Below the pieces are notes generated by a model. It had not been told where the DNA came from and did not search any database. It was given only the letters and a program-made list of their open reading frames with translations. Of a stretch of 64,000 nucleotides of DNA, positions 35,831-46,702 are shown in pieces (within the stretch, counting starts at the first letter, position 1; each line of letters starts with the position of its first letter). Both the position numbers and the translations under genes were made by a program. The stretch is from Actinomycetota bacterium (lineage in GTDB: Bacteria > Actinomycetota > Thermoleophilia > Solirubrobacterales > 70-9), in the NCBI GenBank assembly GCA_046730395.1, contig JBKPIV010000009.1, positions 9,114-73,113 on the forward strand, read 5' to 3'.

Positions 35831-36380
35831 CGTCGTCGCCGCCGCGCGGCAGATGCACCGCCTTGGGTTGGTCGCCGCCACGCACGGAAACGTCAGCGCG
35901 CGGGAAGGCGACCTCGTGCACATCACGCCGACCGCGCTCCCCTACGAGGGGATGTCGGAAGCCGATCTCGTGACGCTCTCCCTCACCGGCCAGGTGGTCG
36001 ACGGCGAGCGGGAGCCGTCCAGCGAGCGCAGGGTGCACCTGGCGGTGTACGCGGCCCGGCCCGATGTCGCGGCGATCGTGCACACCCACAGCGTCTATGC
36101 GACCGCCTGGAGCTTTCGGGGAGAGCTCCTCGACACGGGCACGGAGGAGCTCCAGGCGGCCGCGGGAGGACCCGTGCGTACGGCGCCCCAGGCTCCCTCG
36201 GGCTCGGGCGCCATCGCGCGGGCCGCGGTCACGGCGCTCGCCGACCGCCGCGCCGCGCTCCTCGCCCGTCACGGCGTCCTGGGGTTGGGCACCTCGCCCG
36301 CGCGGGCGCTTGCCGTCTGCGCCGTCGTCGAGCGCCAGGCCCAGCTCGCGTGGCTCCTTTCAGGAGCCGCGGGGCGCTAG
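35814..36380 (+). CDS. Class II aldolase/adducin-family protein (MtnB-like dehydratase or fuculose-phosphate aldolase-like)
   Basis: THGNVSAR, EPSSERRVH, and AIVHTHS metal-ligand motifs. It overlaps the mtnA 3' end. Confidence 0.7.
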   Translation: MSLRADVVAAARQMHRLGLVAATHGNVSAREGDLVHITPTALPYEGMSEADLVTLSLTGQVVDGEREPSSERRVHLAVYAARPDVAAIVHTHSVYATAWSFRGELLDTGTEELQAAAGGPVRTAPQAPSGSGAIARAAVTALADRRAALLARHGVLGLGTSPARALAVCAVVERQAQLAWLLSGAAGR

Positions 36381-36697
36381 CGGAGGCTGGGGTGGCCCTC
36401 GCCCGGCCAGGGCGATAGCAGCAACAGGATGCGCGCGTCCTCGGTGGCGCGGACCTCGCGGCGCTCGTTGGGGTCGAAGGCCGCGAGCAGGCCGGTCCCT
36501 CCGCTGACCGATTGCGAGCCCTCGACCTCGATCGTCCCGGAGACCACGAGCAGCCAGGCGCGCTCGTGGACCTGGTGCTCCTGCAGACGCTCGCCGGCGG
36601 GCAGGTTGATGACGATTGCGCGTCCCTCGTTCTCTGAGTCCAGCACCTCGGGCTGGTGGGGCTGAACGTCGAGCGTCGAGATGTCCCAGCTCTGCAT
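36377..36697 (-). CDS. Small cupin-domain protein
   Basis: About 106 aa with a cupin beta-barrel pattern (GERLQEHQVHERAWLLVVSGTIEV). ATG 36697 was chosen as the start. The function is unknown. Confidence 0.55.
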   Translation of the reverse strand: MQSWDISTLDVQPHQPEVLDSENEGRAIVINLPAGERLQEHQVHERAWLLVVSGTIEVEGSQSVSGGTGLLAAFDPNERREVRATEDARILLLLSPWPGEGHPSLR

Positions 36698-36774
36698 CGC
36701 TACTCCCAATTCCACTTCGCAGGTCGCCCTGACCGGCGCCTGTGGGCGCAACTCTATCCTCGGCGCACGAAAGA

Positions 36775-37419
36775 ATGGTGATTGCGATCGACGGCCCCGC
36801 GGGGGCCGGCAAATCCACTGTGGCCCGAGCGCTCGCCGAGCGGCTCGGATTCACCTATCTCGATTCCGGGGCGATGTATCGCTGCGTCGCCCTGGCCGCC
36901 CTGCGCGAGGGGCTCGATCTCGACGACGGCCGGAACCTGGGCGGGCTCGCTCGGCGGGTGGACATCTCGGTCGAGGACGGTCGGGTGATCCTGGAGGGCG
37001 ACGACGTCACCGCCGCGATCCGGGCGCCGGACGTCTCCGCCGCCGCCTCGCGCGTGTCGGTCCATCCCGAGGTCCGCCAGGCGATGGTCGAGCGACAGCG
37101 GGCGTTGATCGCGGCCGCCGACTACGTCGCCGAGGGTCGGGACATCGGCACCGTGGTCAGCCCGGACGCCCCGCTCAAGGTCTTCCTCACCGCCGAGGAC
37201 TCCGAGCGCGCGCGGCGACGGGCGGCGGAGACCGGCGAGGGCCACGATGCAGTCCTCCGCGCGCAGGCGCTCCGGGACGCGCGCGACCGCGACCGTGATC
37301 ACGGGGCGCTGCGACCTGCGGAGGACGCGGTGGAGATCGACACCACGGGGATGAGCGTCGATCAGGTGGTCGATCGGGTGGTGGCGCTGGCGCGCGAGCG
37401 GGGGGTCGGCGAGAGATGA
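36775..37419 (+). CDS. cmk: Cytidylate kinase
   Basis: [20 protein letters not shown]-loop and the LDSGAMYR motif. Confidence 0.9.
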   Translation: MVIAIDGPAGAGKSTVARALAERLGFTYLDSGAMYRCVALAALREGLDLDDGRNLGGLARRVDISVEDGRVILEGDDVTAAIRAPDVSAAASRVSVHPEVRQAMVERQRALIAAADYVAEGRDIGTVVSPDAPLKVFLTAEDSERARRRAAETGEGHDAVLRAQALRDARDRDRDHGALRPAEDAVEIDTTGMSVDQVVDRVVALARERGVGER

Positions 37420-38771
37420 GCGGGCGGCTCCCCCAGATCGCGGTGGTGGGCTTTCCGAACGTGGGCAAGTCGACGCTGGTCAACCGCCTCGCCGGGGGAC
37501 GGGAGGCAGTGGTCCACCGTGACCCCGGGGTGACCAGGGACCGCAAGGTCCTCGAGTGCCAGTGGAACGGCGTGCGCTTCCAGCTCGTCGACACCGGCGG
37601 CGTCGACCTCGCGGCGCCGAGCGCACTGGCCCGCGCCGTCCAAAGACAGGCGCGCGGGGCCATCGCGGACGCACAGGCTGTCGTGTTGGTGGTGGATGCC
37701 CGTGCCGGCCTGCGCCAGGGCGACGCCGAGGTGGCCGAGATCCTCCGCCGCGCCGAGGTGCCGGTGGTGGTGGTCGCGAACAAGATCGACGAGCCTGGTG
37801 ACGGTTACCTGGCGGCGGAGTTCCACCGGCTGGGGCTGGGCGACCCGCTTCCCGTCTCGGCGGCGCACGGCCACGGCACGGGCGAGCTCCTGGATCGGCT
37901 CGCGGAGATCGCGGGCCCGGCAGCGGATGGAGCAGACGAGGCGGAAGACGACGTCGTTCGGGTGGCCGTCATCGGGCGGCCGAACGTCGGCAAGTCCTCC
38001 CTCGTCAACGCCTTCCTGGGCACGGAGCGCGTGATCGTCACCGAGTTCGCGGGCACGACGCGCGACGCGATCGATACTGAGCTGGAGTTCGACGAGCGCC
38101 GGGTGGTGCTCGTCGATACGGCGGGGCTTCGCCGGCGAACGAAGGTCGCGGGAACGGTGGCCTACTACGCGCAGCTGCGCTCCGAGCGGGCCGCGGAGCG
38201 CGCCGACGTGGCGATCGTCGTCTGCGACGCCTCCGAGGGAGTGACCTCGGAGGACCTGCGGGTCGCCCAGCTCGCCATGCGCACAGGCTGCGCGACCCTG
38301 GTCGCGCTCAACAAGTGGGACATCGGCGAGACCGACCTCGACGACGCCACGGCGAGGTTGGCGTCGCGGCTTCGCCAGCGCCCCCCGGTGATCACGTGCT
38401 CGGCGCTCGTGGGTCGCAACGTTCAAAAGCTCCTCGCGCTCGCGATCGAGCTGGCGGATCGCCGCGCCTCGCGGATCCCCACACCGGAGCTCAACCGCTT
38501 CGTCTCAGACCTGGTTGCGAACACGCCGCCTCCGGTGAAGCGAGGTCGCCGGCTCCGCCTCTACTACGCGACCCAAGTCGAGCGGCGGCCCCCCAGGATC
38601 GCGATCCAGGTCAACGATCGGCGGCTCGTCACCCGCGAGTGGGCCTTCCATCTCGAGAACCGGCTTCGGGAGGCCTACGGGCTTCAGGGGGTGCCGCTCG
38701 TGATCGACTTCGTGCCCCATACCGGGCGCCGGCGCCGCCGATCCGCCCAACCTCAGGGTCAGCCGATATAA
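37416..38771 (+). CDS. der: Ribosome-associated GTPase Der (EngA)
   Basis: Two tandem G domains (GFPNVGKST...DTGG; GRPNVGKSS...DTAG, NKWD) plus a KH-like C-terminus. It overlaps cmk by 4 nt. Confidence 0.9.
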   Translation: MSGRLPQIAVVGFPNVGKSTLVNRLAGGREAVVHRDPGVTRDRKVLECQWNGVRFQLVDTGGVDLAAPSALARAVQRQARGAIADAQAVVLVVDARAGLRQGDAEVAEILRRAEVPVVVVANKIDEPGDGYLAAEFHRLGLGDPLPVSAAHGHGTGELLDRLAEIAGPAADGADEAEDDVVRVAVIGRPNVGKSSLVNAFLGTERVIVTEFAGTTRDAIDTELEFDERRVVLVDTAGLRRRTKVAGTVAYYAQLRSERAAERADVAIVVCDASEGVTSEDLRVAQLAMRTGCATLVALNKWDIGETDLDDATARLASRLRQRPPVITCSALVGRNVQKLLALAIELADRRASRIPTPELNRFVSDLVANTPPPVKRGRRLRLYYATQVERRPPRIAIQVNDRRLVTREWAFHLENRLREAYGLQGVPLVIDFVPHTGRRRRRSAQPQGQPI

Positions 38772-38785
38772 GAGAGGACGCGCTC

Positions 38786-40870
38786 GTGCCGCACCTCCCG
38801 CGCCCCCGACTCCCTCACCCCCGCTTCCGCCGCCGGCCGGCGCCCAAGTCCGGCCCGCCCGAGGCGCCCGGGACCGAGAGCCCCGCCCAGGCCGAGCACC
38901 GCACCGAGGGCCCGCCGGCTCCCGCCGAGGACGCCCCGGCCGACCTCACACCGACCTGGCAGTGGCCGAGCGAGCGGCCGCGGTACCGGCTCTTTCCGGA
39001 GCCGCCGCGGCCCCGTCCCGCGGAGCCTGACCGCACCGAGGCGCCGGCACAGCCCCGCGCCGAGAGGCGGGCCGGGCACCGGGCCGGGGGGCGTCTCGGG
39101 GATGTCGAGCGGCGGATCTCTGCCGGCGCCGGGGCGGTGGGCCGCGTCCCGGCGGCCGCCGGCCGGGGCGCGTCCGAGTTCTGGTTCAGCCTGTCGCTAC
39201 ACGCGCGACGTCGCCTGGCGGCGGCAGGCGCAGTGGTCGTCGCCGTCGTGCTGATCCTCCTCATCGCGGTGCCCGCGCTCCCGTGCGAGGCGCCCGGCGG
39301 GGACGTATGCCCGCCCTCCGACGACGCGATCCACCTGGTGCCGGGCAACTCCCTCGCCTACCTGCACATGAACGTCGACCACGACACGAGCCAATACAAG
39401 GCGGCCCAGGGACTCGCCAGCCGGCTCCCACTACTCACCCAACAGGTGATCGGGCGCCTGACGACGCAGCTTCCAGGACCGCACGGCAACCCGCTCGACT
39501 TCGGGCGGGACATCGAGCCCTGGTTCGGCGGCGAGGCCGCCCTAGCCCTGATCCCCGCCGGAGGGGGCGCAGCGGAGGAGGTGCAGCTGCTCGAGGCGTC
39601 GGACTCGAAGGGCGGGCAGGCGTTCGCGAACTCGATCTCCTCCGGCAAGACCCAGACCTCGAGCTACCGCGGGGTCGACGTTCAGGTCGATCGCCGCGGG
39701 CTGGCGACCGCACTCGTCGGCGGCTTCCTCGCGATCGGCAGGGAGAGCGGGATCCGGGACGTGATCGATGCCCACAGCGGCGCCAAGGGGACGAGCTCCC
39801 TCGCGGACGACCCGGCCGCCACCGCCGCTCGAGATGCGCTGCCCGATGAGCGGCTCGCCGACGCGTACCTCTCCCGCACCGGCATCGCGCGGCTCGTCGA
39901 CAACCCGCACGCGCCGCTCTCGTCGTTCGCCGCGGCGATCAGCCCGAGCGCCAGCCGTGGGGCGGCCGCGGCGCTGATCGCGAAGGGCTCCGGGCTCGAC
40001 CTGGACGTCCGCTCGGGGCTCGATCCGGGCCGCGCGAAGGCGCATGCGGGGTTCTTCGCGGCTTTCCCCTCGTTCAAGCCGACGCTCTCGGGGTCGCTTC
40101 CGGCGGGCTCGCTTGGCTACCTCGGCTTCGGGGATCCCGGGGCCGCCCTGCGCGCGCTGCTCGGTCAGGCGGACTCTCAGGAGCCGGGCCTCGCTGCCGC
40201 GGTGGGCAAGCTCGCGGACAGCGTGAAGAAGCTCGGCAACGTGAATCTCGAGTCCGATCTCCTGCCATCGCTCGGTGGCGAGGCGGCTTTCGCGCTCGAG
40301 CCGAACGCTCATGGTGCGGCCCCGAGCGGCGCGCCGCCCTCCGGGGTGAACCTCTCCAGCTCCCAGACCCCGTCCCTCGTCTTCCTCGGAGGCGGGATCG
40401 ATCCAGGGCGCGCGAACAAGGCCCTGGCCGCGCTTGGCGACCCGCTCGCCAAGGCGCTGGGCGGCGGCGGAAAGGGCTTCACCGCCCACAAGGTGGACGA
40501 CGTGACGGCCCACACCCTGAAGCTCTCGTCGTCGGTCGATCTCACCTACGCGATCGTCGAATCGGCCCTCGTCGTCGCCACGGATCCCGCCGCGGTCGAG
40601 CAGATCGCGGCCGGGGAGGGCGGCCTCTCGGACGCCGGGCCATACAGGGAGGCGACCGGTGGGCTTCCCGGCAGCCTCTCGGTGATCGGCTACGCGAATC
40701 TCCAGGGACTCGTCACCCTCGCCGAGCAGGCCGGGCTCGCCTCCAGCCCGGCGTACGCGACCTTCGCGCCCGAGATCCGCAGGCTCGACGCCCTCGGCCT
40801 CGGAGTCCAGAGCTCCTCGGCGGAGCTCGCCACCGATCTGCGGCTGGTGGTGGGCCCGTCCGCCGGCTAG
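38786..40870 (+). CDS. Membrane-anchored hypothetical protein with a Pro/Arg-rich N-terminus and a large extracytoplasmic domain (DUF3352-like by recollection)
   Basis: GTG 38786 has a GAGAGGA Shine-Dalgarno sequence 8 nt upstream. There is one TM segment ([17 protein letters not shown]). GC3-rich codon usage persists throughout. No catalytic motifs were recognised. Confidence 0.55.
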   Translation: MPHLPRPRLPHPRFRRRPAPKSGPPEAPGTESPAQAEHRTEGPPAPAEDAPADLTPTWQWPSERPRYRLFPEPPRPRPAEPDRTEAPAQPRAERRAGHRAGGRLGDVERRISAGAGAVGRVPAAAGRGASEFWFSLSLHARRRLAAAGAVVVAVVLILLIAVPALPCEAPGGDVCPPSDDAIHLVPGNSLAYLHMNVDHDTSQYKAAQGLASRLPLLTQQVIGRLTTQLPGPHGNPLDFGRDIEPWFGGEAALALIPAGGGAAEEVQLLEASDSKGGQAFANSISSGKTQTSSYRGVDVQVDRRGLATALVGGFLAIGRESGIRDVIDAHSGAKGTSSLADDPAATAARDALPDERLADAYLSRTGIARLVDNPHAPLSSFAAAISPSASRGAAAALIAKGSGLDLDVRSGLDPGRAKAHAGFFAAFPSFKPTLSGSLPAGSLGYLGFGDPGAALRALLGQADSQEPGLAAAVGKLADSVKKLGNVNLESDLLPSLGGEAAFALEPNAHGAAPSGAPPSGVNLSSSQTPSLVFLGGGIDPGRANKALAALGDPLAKALGGGGKGFTAHKVDDVTAHTLKLSSSVDLTYAIVESALVVATDPAAVEQIAAGEGGLSDAGPYREATGGLPGSLSVIGYANLQGLVTLAEQAGLASSPAYATFAPEIRRLDALGLGVQSSSAELATDLRLVVGPSAG

Positions 40871-41009
40871 GGAGGACGCCTCCGCCGGGCGCCACCGTGC
40901 CCTGGGCTCGAAATCGCCATTCCCCGGCGTTCGTCCGCTACTCTCGCGCGAGCCCAGACCGACGAAAGGAGACGGCGCGCGGGAGACGCCCGAAGCCACC
41001 GCCCAGCTC

Positions 41010-42293
41010 ATGACGATCCACAACCCGATCCGGCTCTCCGAGCACGAGTACCTGTTCACGTCGGAGTCGGTCACCGAGGGCCACCCGGACAAGATCTGCG
41101 ATCAGATCTCCGACGGGGTGCTGGACGCCGTCATGGCCAAGGACCCCACGGGGCGCGTCGCCTGCGAGTGCCTCGTCAACACCGGGTTGGTAGTCGTCGC
41201 CGGGGAGATCACGACCGAGACCTACGTCGACATCCCGCGGATCGTCCGCGACACCCTCCACCGGATCGGCTACGACCGGGCCAAGTACGGGTTCGATGCC
41301 GACACCTGCGCCGTGATCACCGCGATCGACGAGCAGTCGCCCGACATCGCCCAGGGCGTGGAGACCGCGTACGAGGCGCGTACCGACCCGAACGACGAGG
41401 ACGAGCTCGACCGCGCCGGGGCCGGGGATCAGGGAATGATGTTCGGCTACGCGACCCGGGAGACCAAGGCGTTGATGCCGATGCCGATTCAGATCGCCCA
41501 CACGCTCGCCCATCGTCTCGCCGAGGTCCGCAAGGCCGATGTGATCCCGTACCTGCGGCCGGACGGCAAGACCCAGGTCACGGTCCGCTACGAGAACGAG
41601 CGCCCGGTGGAGGTCGTGAAGCTTCTGATCTCGACCCAGCACAAGGACGGCATCGACGGCGAGACCCTGATCAAGAACGACCTCTGGGAGCACGTGGTGG
41701 AGCCGGTGCTCCACAGCGAGTACAAGGAGCTCTACACCGAGAGCGAGCTGTTCGACAACTTCCTCGTCAACCCGACCGGGAAGTTCGTGATCGGCGGGCC
41801 GCAGGGCGACTGCGGGCTCACGGGACGCAAGGTGATCGTCGACACCTACGGGGGCATGGCGAGACACGGGGGCGGCTGCTTCTCCGGAAAGGACCCCTCG
41901 AAGGTGGACCGCTCGGCGGCCTACGCCGCGCGCTACGTGGCCAAGAACGTGGTCGCCTCAGGCCTCGCCGACCGCTGCGAGATCCAGGTCGCCTACGCGA
42001 TCGGGGTCGCCCACCCGGTCTCGCTGATGATCCAGACCTTCGGGACAGCCAAGGTCCCGGATTCGGAGATCGTCCGCATCGTGCAGGAGGTCTTCGACCT
42101 CCGCCCGGCCGCCTTCCGCCGCTACCTCGACCTGCACCGGCCGATCTTCCAGAAGACGGCCGCCTACGGCCACTTCGGCCGCACTGACCACGACTTCAGC
42201 TGGGAGCGAACGGACCGAGTCGACCAGCTTCGGACCGTCGCCGGCCTGGAGGGAGCCGGCGCTCAGACCGGAGCCGCGGCCGAGGTCTCCTAG
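41010..42293 (+). CDS. metK: S-adenosylmethionine synthase
   Basis: [33 protein letters not shown], and [16 protein letters not shown] motifs. Confidence 0.95.
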   Translation: MTIHNPIRLSEHEYLFTSESVTEGHPDKICDQISDGVLDAVMAKDPTGRVACECLVNTGLVVVAGEITTETYVDIPRIVRDTLHRIGYDRAKYGFDADTCAVITAIDEQSPDIAQGVETAYEARTDPNDEDELDRAGAGDQGMMFGYATRETKALMPMPIQIAHTLAHRLAEVRKADVIPYLRPDGKTQVTVRYENERPVEVVKLLISTQHKDGIDGETLIKNDLWEHVVEPVLHSEYKELYTESELFDNFLVNPTGKFVIGGPQGDCGLTGRKVIVDTYGGMARHGGGCFSGKDPSKVDRSAAYAARYVAKNVVASGLADRCEIQVAYAIGVAHPVSLMIQTFGTAKVPDSEIVRIVQEVFDLRPAAFRRYLDLHRPIFQKTAAYGHFGRTDHDFSWERTDRVDQLRTVAGLEGAGAQTGAAAEVS

Positions 42294-42826
42294 GCCGTCG
42301 GGCCCCCAGGCTGGGGCACGGTGGGCTCGTCGCCGAGGCCGGTTGGCGCGGTCGCGTGAGTCGCCTGGTCGACCCGCTCGACGACCTCGTCCGGGTCGGC
42401 GACGCCGGCGAAGATGAAGTTGTAGTCGTCGCCGGCGGCGGTGTCGAAGTCCACGTCGCCGACCTGGAGAACCCGCTGCAGAAGCGACTGGTTGTAGTTG
42501 ACGTTCTGCACTCGCTCGAGCCGCGTCTCCTGGATCTCGCGGGAGATGATTCCGCGCTGGATGCGCAGGCGGCGGGTGGTGATCGTGTAGTGGGTAGTGA
42601 TCCGCTTGATGAAGCCGGCGAGGACGACCAGGGCGACGCCGACGATCGCGACGATGGCGACCCAGCGCGAGTCCGTGTCGCCGGTGGCGATGTTGGTGCC
42701 GAGGCCCACCAGGAACGCGACGACGAGCACCCCGAGGAGGCCCTTGACGTAGAAGCCGATGATCGCGCGCCACGAGGGGTGTCCCTCGAACATCACCTGC
42801 TCCCCGGGTGCCAATCGCCGCGCCAC
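42290..42826 (-). CDS. Bacterial PH-domain (bPH_2/YdbS-like) membrane protein
   Basis: Two TM helices followed by [32 protein letters not shown], typical of the YdbS/YdbT-type PH domain. Confidence 0.7.
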   Translation of the reverse strand: MARRLAPGEQVMFEGHPSWRAIIGFYVKGLLGVLVVAFLVGLGTNIATGDTDSRWVAIVAIVGVALVVLAGFIKRITTHYTITTRRLRIQRGIISREIQETRLERVQNVNYNQSLLQRVLQVGDVDFDTAAGDDYNFIFAGVADPDEVVERVDQATHATAPTGLGDEPTVPQPGGPTA

Positions 42827-42875
42827 GCCGGAAGCTTATCCCGCCGCCGTCCGCCGCCCCGCCTAAGTTCGAGGG

Positions 42876-45077
42876 ATGGCGATCGCCAAGGTCGAGCCGC
42901 TGACCACCGCGCGGGCTCTGCGCGGCCCCTTCGATTACCTGCTTCCCGACCGCCTCGAAGGCGTCGCCGTCGGCAGCCTCTTGCTGGTGCCCTTCGGGCG
43001 GCGCCGCCTCGTCGGCGTCGTGGTGGAGGTGGCCGAGGCGTCAGAGCTCCCGCCGGAGCGCCTCGCCGAGCCGATCGAGGCGCTCGAGGCGGGCGCGACC
43101 CCGGAGCTCGTGCGGCTCGGGCTTCGCGTCAGCCGCGAGTACTGCTCCACGCCGGCGCGGGGCCTCGAGGCGGTCCTGCCGCCCGGCTCCGGACGCGCTC
43201 GGCGCGGGCTCGGCCCGCGGCTCTGCCTGCTTGCCTCGCTGACCGACGAGGGCCGGGCGGCTCGGGACGACGGCGCCCGCCTCGGCCGCCGCCAGCGCAC
43301 CGTTCTCGATGCCCTCGCGGAGCGGGGTTGGGGTCCCGATGCCGAGCTCGCGGCGCCCGACCTGGAAGCTCGATCCGGCGCGGATCGCCGGACGCTCCGC
43401 CGCCTCGAGGCCAGGGGGCTGATCAAGCTGCGCGCGACCGAGAGCCCGCGCCGGCCGCTAGTGGTCGCCGTGGGCGCGCCCTCGACGCGTCCGCGCCTCT
43501 CCCGGGAGCAGGAGGCCGCCCTCCGGGCGGCGATCGCCGCCATGGACGGCGTCGGCGCGCGGGAGCTCCTCCTGCACGGGGTCACCGGATCCGGGAAGAC
43601 CGAGGTCTATCTGGCGGCCGCCGAGGCGGCGCTCGAGCGGGGCAGGGGCGCGATCGTCCTCGTGCCGGAGATCGCCCTGACGCCGCAGACCACCTCGCGG
43701 TTCGCCGCGCGCTTCGAGGACCGGATCGCGGTGCTTCATTCACGGCTCGCCGCCGGTGAGCGCCGCGACGAATGGCAGCGGCTTGCGGAAGGCGCCGCCC
43801 GCATCTGCGTCGGGCCGCGCTCGGCGGCGTTCGCGCCCGTCGGCGACCTGGGCCTCGTCGTTATCGACGAGGAGCACGATGCCTCCTACAAGCAGGAGGG
43901 CGATCCCCGCTACGACGCCCGCGAGGTCGTCCGCTGGCGGGCGGAGGAGTCGGGCGCCGCGCTCTTGGCCGGCACCGCCACCCCGCGCCCGGAGAGCTGG
44001 CTCGCGTTGCGCCGTCTCAGCCTGCCGCAACGCGCGGACGGCGGCGCGCTCCCCGAAGTCGAGGTGGTGGACTTGCGCGAGCGCTCGCCACGCGCCGGAA
44101 CGCTCCACCCGCGCACCGCCGCCGCCCTCGCCGAGGTACGCGCCGCGGGGGCGAAGGCGATCGTGCTGCTCAACCGCCGGGGCTGGTCCCCGTTCTGCGC
44201 CTGCGGCTCCTGTGGTCACGCGTTCGAGTGCCCGAGCTGCGATGTCTCGTTGGTCGTCCACCGGGATCGGCGCGAGCTCCGCTGCCACCACTGCGGCCAC
44301 GCGGAGCGCCTGCCGGAGGCGTGCCCGCGGTGCGGCTCGGTCGCTCTGGGGCGTCACGGCGCCGGCACCGAGCGGCTGGAGGCGATTCTCGCCGATGCGG
44401 TGGCGCCGCTGCCCGTCTTCCGCCTGGACTCCGACAGCGCCTCGGGCGCGGCGGCCCACGTCCAGATCCTGCGACGCTTCGGCGAGGCCGACGCGGGGGT
44501 GCTCGTGGGCACGCAGATGGTGGCCAAGGGCCACGACTTCCCGGACGTCGTTCTGAGCGTGGTCCTCGACGCCGACGCCACCCTTCGATTCCCCGATTTC
44601 CGCGCCGAGGAACGGACGTTCGCGCTGGTCGCCCAGCTCGCCGGGCGAAGTGGCCGCGGCCAGCGGGGCGGGCGAGTGCTCGTCCAGACGCTCGCCCCCG
44701 ACGCGCCTGCGATTCGCCACGCGGCCGCCCACGACGCGCCCGCCTTCATCGCCGGCGAGCTCGCGCGCCGCAGGGCGCTCGGCTATCCACCTTTCTCGCA
44801 CCTGATCCGCGTGGAGCTCACCGCGCCGGAGGCCGCGGAGGCGCAGCGCGCGTGTGAGCGCGTTCGATCCGTCCTCGCGCCGACGCTGCCCGCCGGCGCC
44901 GAGATGCTCGGTCCCGCGCCACGCTTCCGGCTGCGCGGGCATTATCGCCGCCAGCTCCTCGTCAAGTCAACCGACCGGGCCGGAACCGTGGCGGCGGTCC
45001 GGGCGGCGGTCGAGGGGCTGGCTCGTGGTCGCGAGCTGCGAGCGGTCTCGCTCAGCGTCGACGTCGACCCGCAGTGA
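42876..45077 (+). CDS. priA: Primosomal replication restart helicase PriA
   Basis: Walker A GVTGSGKTEVY, DEEHD, and a Cys-rich zinc-binding insert (CGSCGHAFECPSCDVSL...CHHCGH...CPRCGS). Confidence 0.9.
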   Translation: MAIAKVEPLTTARALRGPFDYLLPDRLEGVAVGSLLLVPFGRRRLVGVVVEVAEASELPPERLAEPIEALEAGATPELVRLGLRVSREYCSTPARGLEAVLPPGSGRARRGLGPRLCLLASLTDEGRAARDDGARLGRRQRTVLDALAERGWGPDAELAAPDLEARSGADRRTLRRLEARGLIKLRATESPRRPLVVAVGAPSTRPRLSREQEAALRAAIAAMDGVGARELLLHGVTGSGKTEVYLAAAEAALERGRGAIVLVPEIALTPQTTSRFAARFEDRIAVLHSRLAAGERRDEWQRLAEGAARICVGPRSAAFAPVGDLGLVVIDEEHDASYKQEGDPRYDAREVVRWRAEESGAALLAGTATPRPESWLALRRLSLPQRADGGALPEVEVVDLRERSPRAGTLHPRTAAALAEVRAAGAKAIVLLNRRGWSPFCACGSCGHAFECPSCDVSLVVHRDRRELRCHHCGHAERLPEACPRCGSVALGRHGAGTERLEAILADAVAPLPVFRLDSDSASGAAAHVQILRRFGEADAGVLVGTQMVAKGHDFPDVVLSVVLDADATLRFPDFRAEERTFALVAQLAGRSGRGQRGGRVLVQTLAPDAPAIRHAAAHDAPAFIAGELARRRALGYPPFSHLIRVELTAPEAAEAQRACERVRSVLAPTLPAGAEMLGPAPRFRLRGHYRRQLLVKSTDRAGTVAAVRAAVEGLARGRELRAVSLSVDVDPQ

Positions 45078-45130
45078 GGCCGCGCCCAGGCGCGCTCCCC
45101 TGACGAGATAGGCCCTTAGACTCGGGTTGG

Positions 45131-45781
45131 ATGAGCGAGGCAACCGACACCGCCGCCGTCGACGAGTCCGCGCCGGTAAGCCCCGAGGGACCGGCGGACG
45201 ATCGTCTCGGCGAGCTCGATGAGCAGGCGCGCGAGCGTCGCGCCGCGGCGCTCGCTCAGATCCGGACCTTCGGCGACCCGGTCTTGAAATCGCGCGCCTC
45301 GACGATCACGAGCTTCGGCCCCGAGCTCGAGCGGGAGGCCGAGCGGATGGTCGAGCTCATGCAGGACGCGATCGGCGTGGGCCTAGCCGCGACCCAGCTC
45401 GGCGTGATGCACCGTCTGCTGGTCTTCCAGGCCGGCCTCCACGCCACCCCGACCGCGGTCGCGAACCCCGTCCTGGAGTGGACGTCGGAGGAGCTGGCGA
45501 TCGCCGAGGAGGGGTGCCTCAGCCTGCCCCGCGTCTCGGTCGAGGTCGAGCGGCCCCTCTTCGCGCGGGTCCGCGGCCAGGACGTGCGCGGAGACCCCCT
45601 ACTGGTCGAGGCGTCGGGGCTCGAGGCCCGCGTGCTCCAGCACGAGATCGATCACCTCGACGGCGTGCTGACGTTGGATCGGACGACCAAAGACCAACGG
45701 AAAGCGGCGTTGCGGGCGCTCCGTGAAGGGACCAGCTACAGCCCGAGCGCCGAGGAAGTCGACGAGGTCGACGACGGCTAG
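45131..45781 (+). CDS. def: Peptide deformylase with an acidic N-terminal extension
   Basis: GVGLAATQLG, EGCLSLP, and QHEIDHLDG metal-site motifs. There is a ~40-aa N-terminal extension. Confidence 0.9.
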   Translation: MSEATDTAAVDESAPVSPEGPADDRLGELDEQARERRAAALAQIRTFGDPVLKSRASTITSFGPELEREAERMVELMQDAIGVGLAATQLGVMHRLLVFQAGLHATPTAVANPVLEWTSEELAIAEEGCLSLPRVSVEVERPLFARVRGQDVRGDPLLVEASGLEARVLQHEIDHLDGVLTLDRTTKDQRKAALRALREGTSYSPSAEEVDEVDDG

Positions 45782-45790
45782 TTACCCACG

Positions 45791-46702
45791 TTGAGGATCG
45801 TCTACCTGGGGACGTCCGAGTTCGCGGTCGCGGTGCTCGGGCGCTTGGTCGCCTCGCCGCACAGGCCGGCGCTCGTGGTCACGCCGCCGGACCGGCCACG
45901 CGGCAGGGGCCGGCGCCTCGCCCCGCCTCCGGCCGCGAGGGCGGCGCGGGAGCTGGGGATCGACCTCCTCCAGACGGAGAGCGTCAACCTGCCGGAGGCC
46001 GTCGATGCCGTGCGGGCGGCGAGCCCCGAGCTGGGGGTGGTGTGCGCGTTCGGCCAGCTGATCTCCCAGCCGCTGCTCTCCGAGCTGGAGATGTTGAACG
46101 TTCACCCATCGCTGCTTCCGCGTTGGCGGGGCGCGGCGCCGATCGAGCGGGCGATCATGGCCGGGGACCGGGAGACCGGCGTGACGATCCTGCGGGTGGT
46201 CGCGGGCTACGACTCGGGCCCGATCGCCCTCCAGCGGAGGATCGAGATCGGCGCCCGAGAGGACTACGGAACGCTCTCGGCCCGCCTCGCCGCGCTTGGC
46301 GGCGAGCTCATCACCGAGGCGCTCGACCTCCACGCGGCGGGGGAGCTCGAGTTCGCCGAGCAGGACGAGGCGCTGGCGACGTATGCGGAGAAGATTCGCC
46401 CCGCCGAGCGCCGCCTCGATCCCGGACGCCCGGCCATCGAGCTGGAGCGAACGGTTCGCGCGCTCGTGCCGCACATAGGCGCCTACCTCGAGCTCGACGG
46501 CGAGAGGCGCCTGGGGGTGGCGGTCGCGACGGCCGAGGACAAGGAGCTCGAGCCGGGAACGCTCCAGAGCGACGGCCGCTCGCTGTGGCTGGGATGCGCG
46601 GCGGGGGCGCTGCGTCTCGACGTCGTCAAGCCGGAGGGCGGGCGGCCGATGGCGGCTGCGGCCTACCTTCGCGGACACCCGGTCCCCGAGCTCGCCGGGT
46701 GA
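45791..46702 (+). CDS. fmt: Methionyl-tRNA formyltransferase
   Basis: IVYLGTSEFAV, LNVHPSLLPRWRGAAPI, and its position after def. Confidence 0.9.
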   Translation: MRIVYLGTSEFAVAVLGRLVASPHRPALVVTPPDRPRGRGRRLAPPPAARAARELGIDLLQTESVNLPEAVDAVRAASPELGVVCAFGQLISQPLLSELEMLNVHPSLLPRWRGAAPIERAIMAGDRETGVTILRVVAGYDSGPIALQRRIEIGAREDYGTLSARLAALGGELITEALDLHAAGELEFAEQDEALATYAEKIRPAERRLDPGRPAIELERTVRALVPHIGAYLELDGERRLGVAVATAEDKELEPGTLQSDGRSLWLGCAAGALRLDVVKPEGGRPMAAAAYLRGHPVPELAG

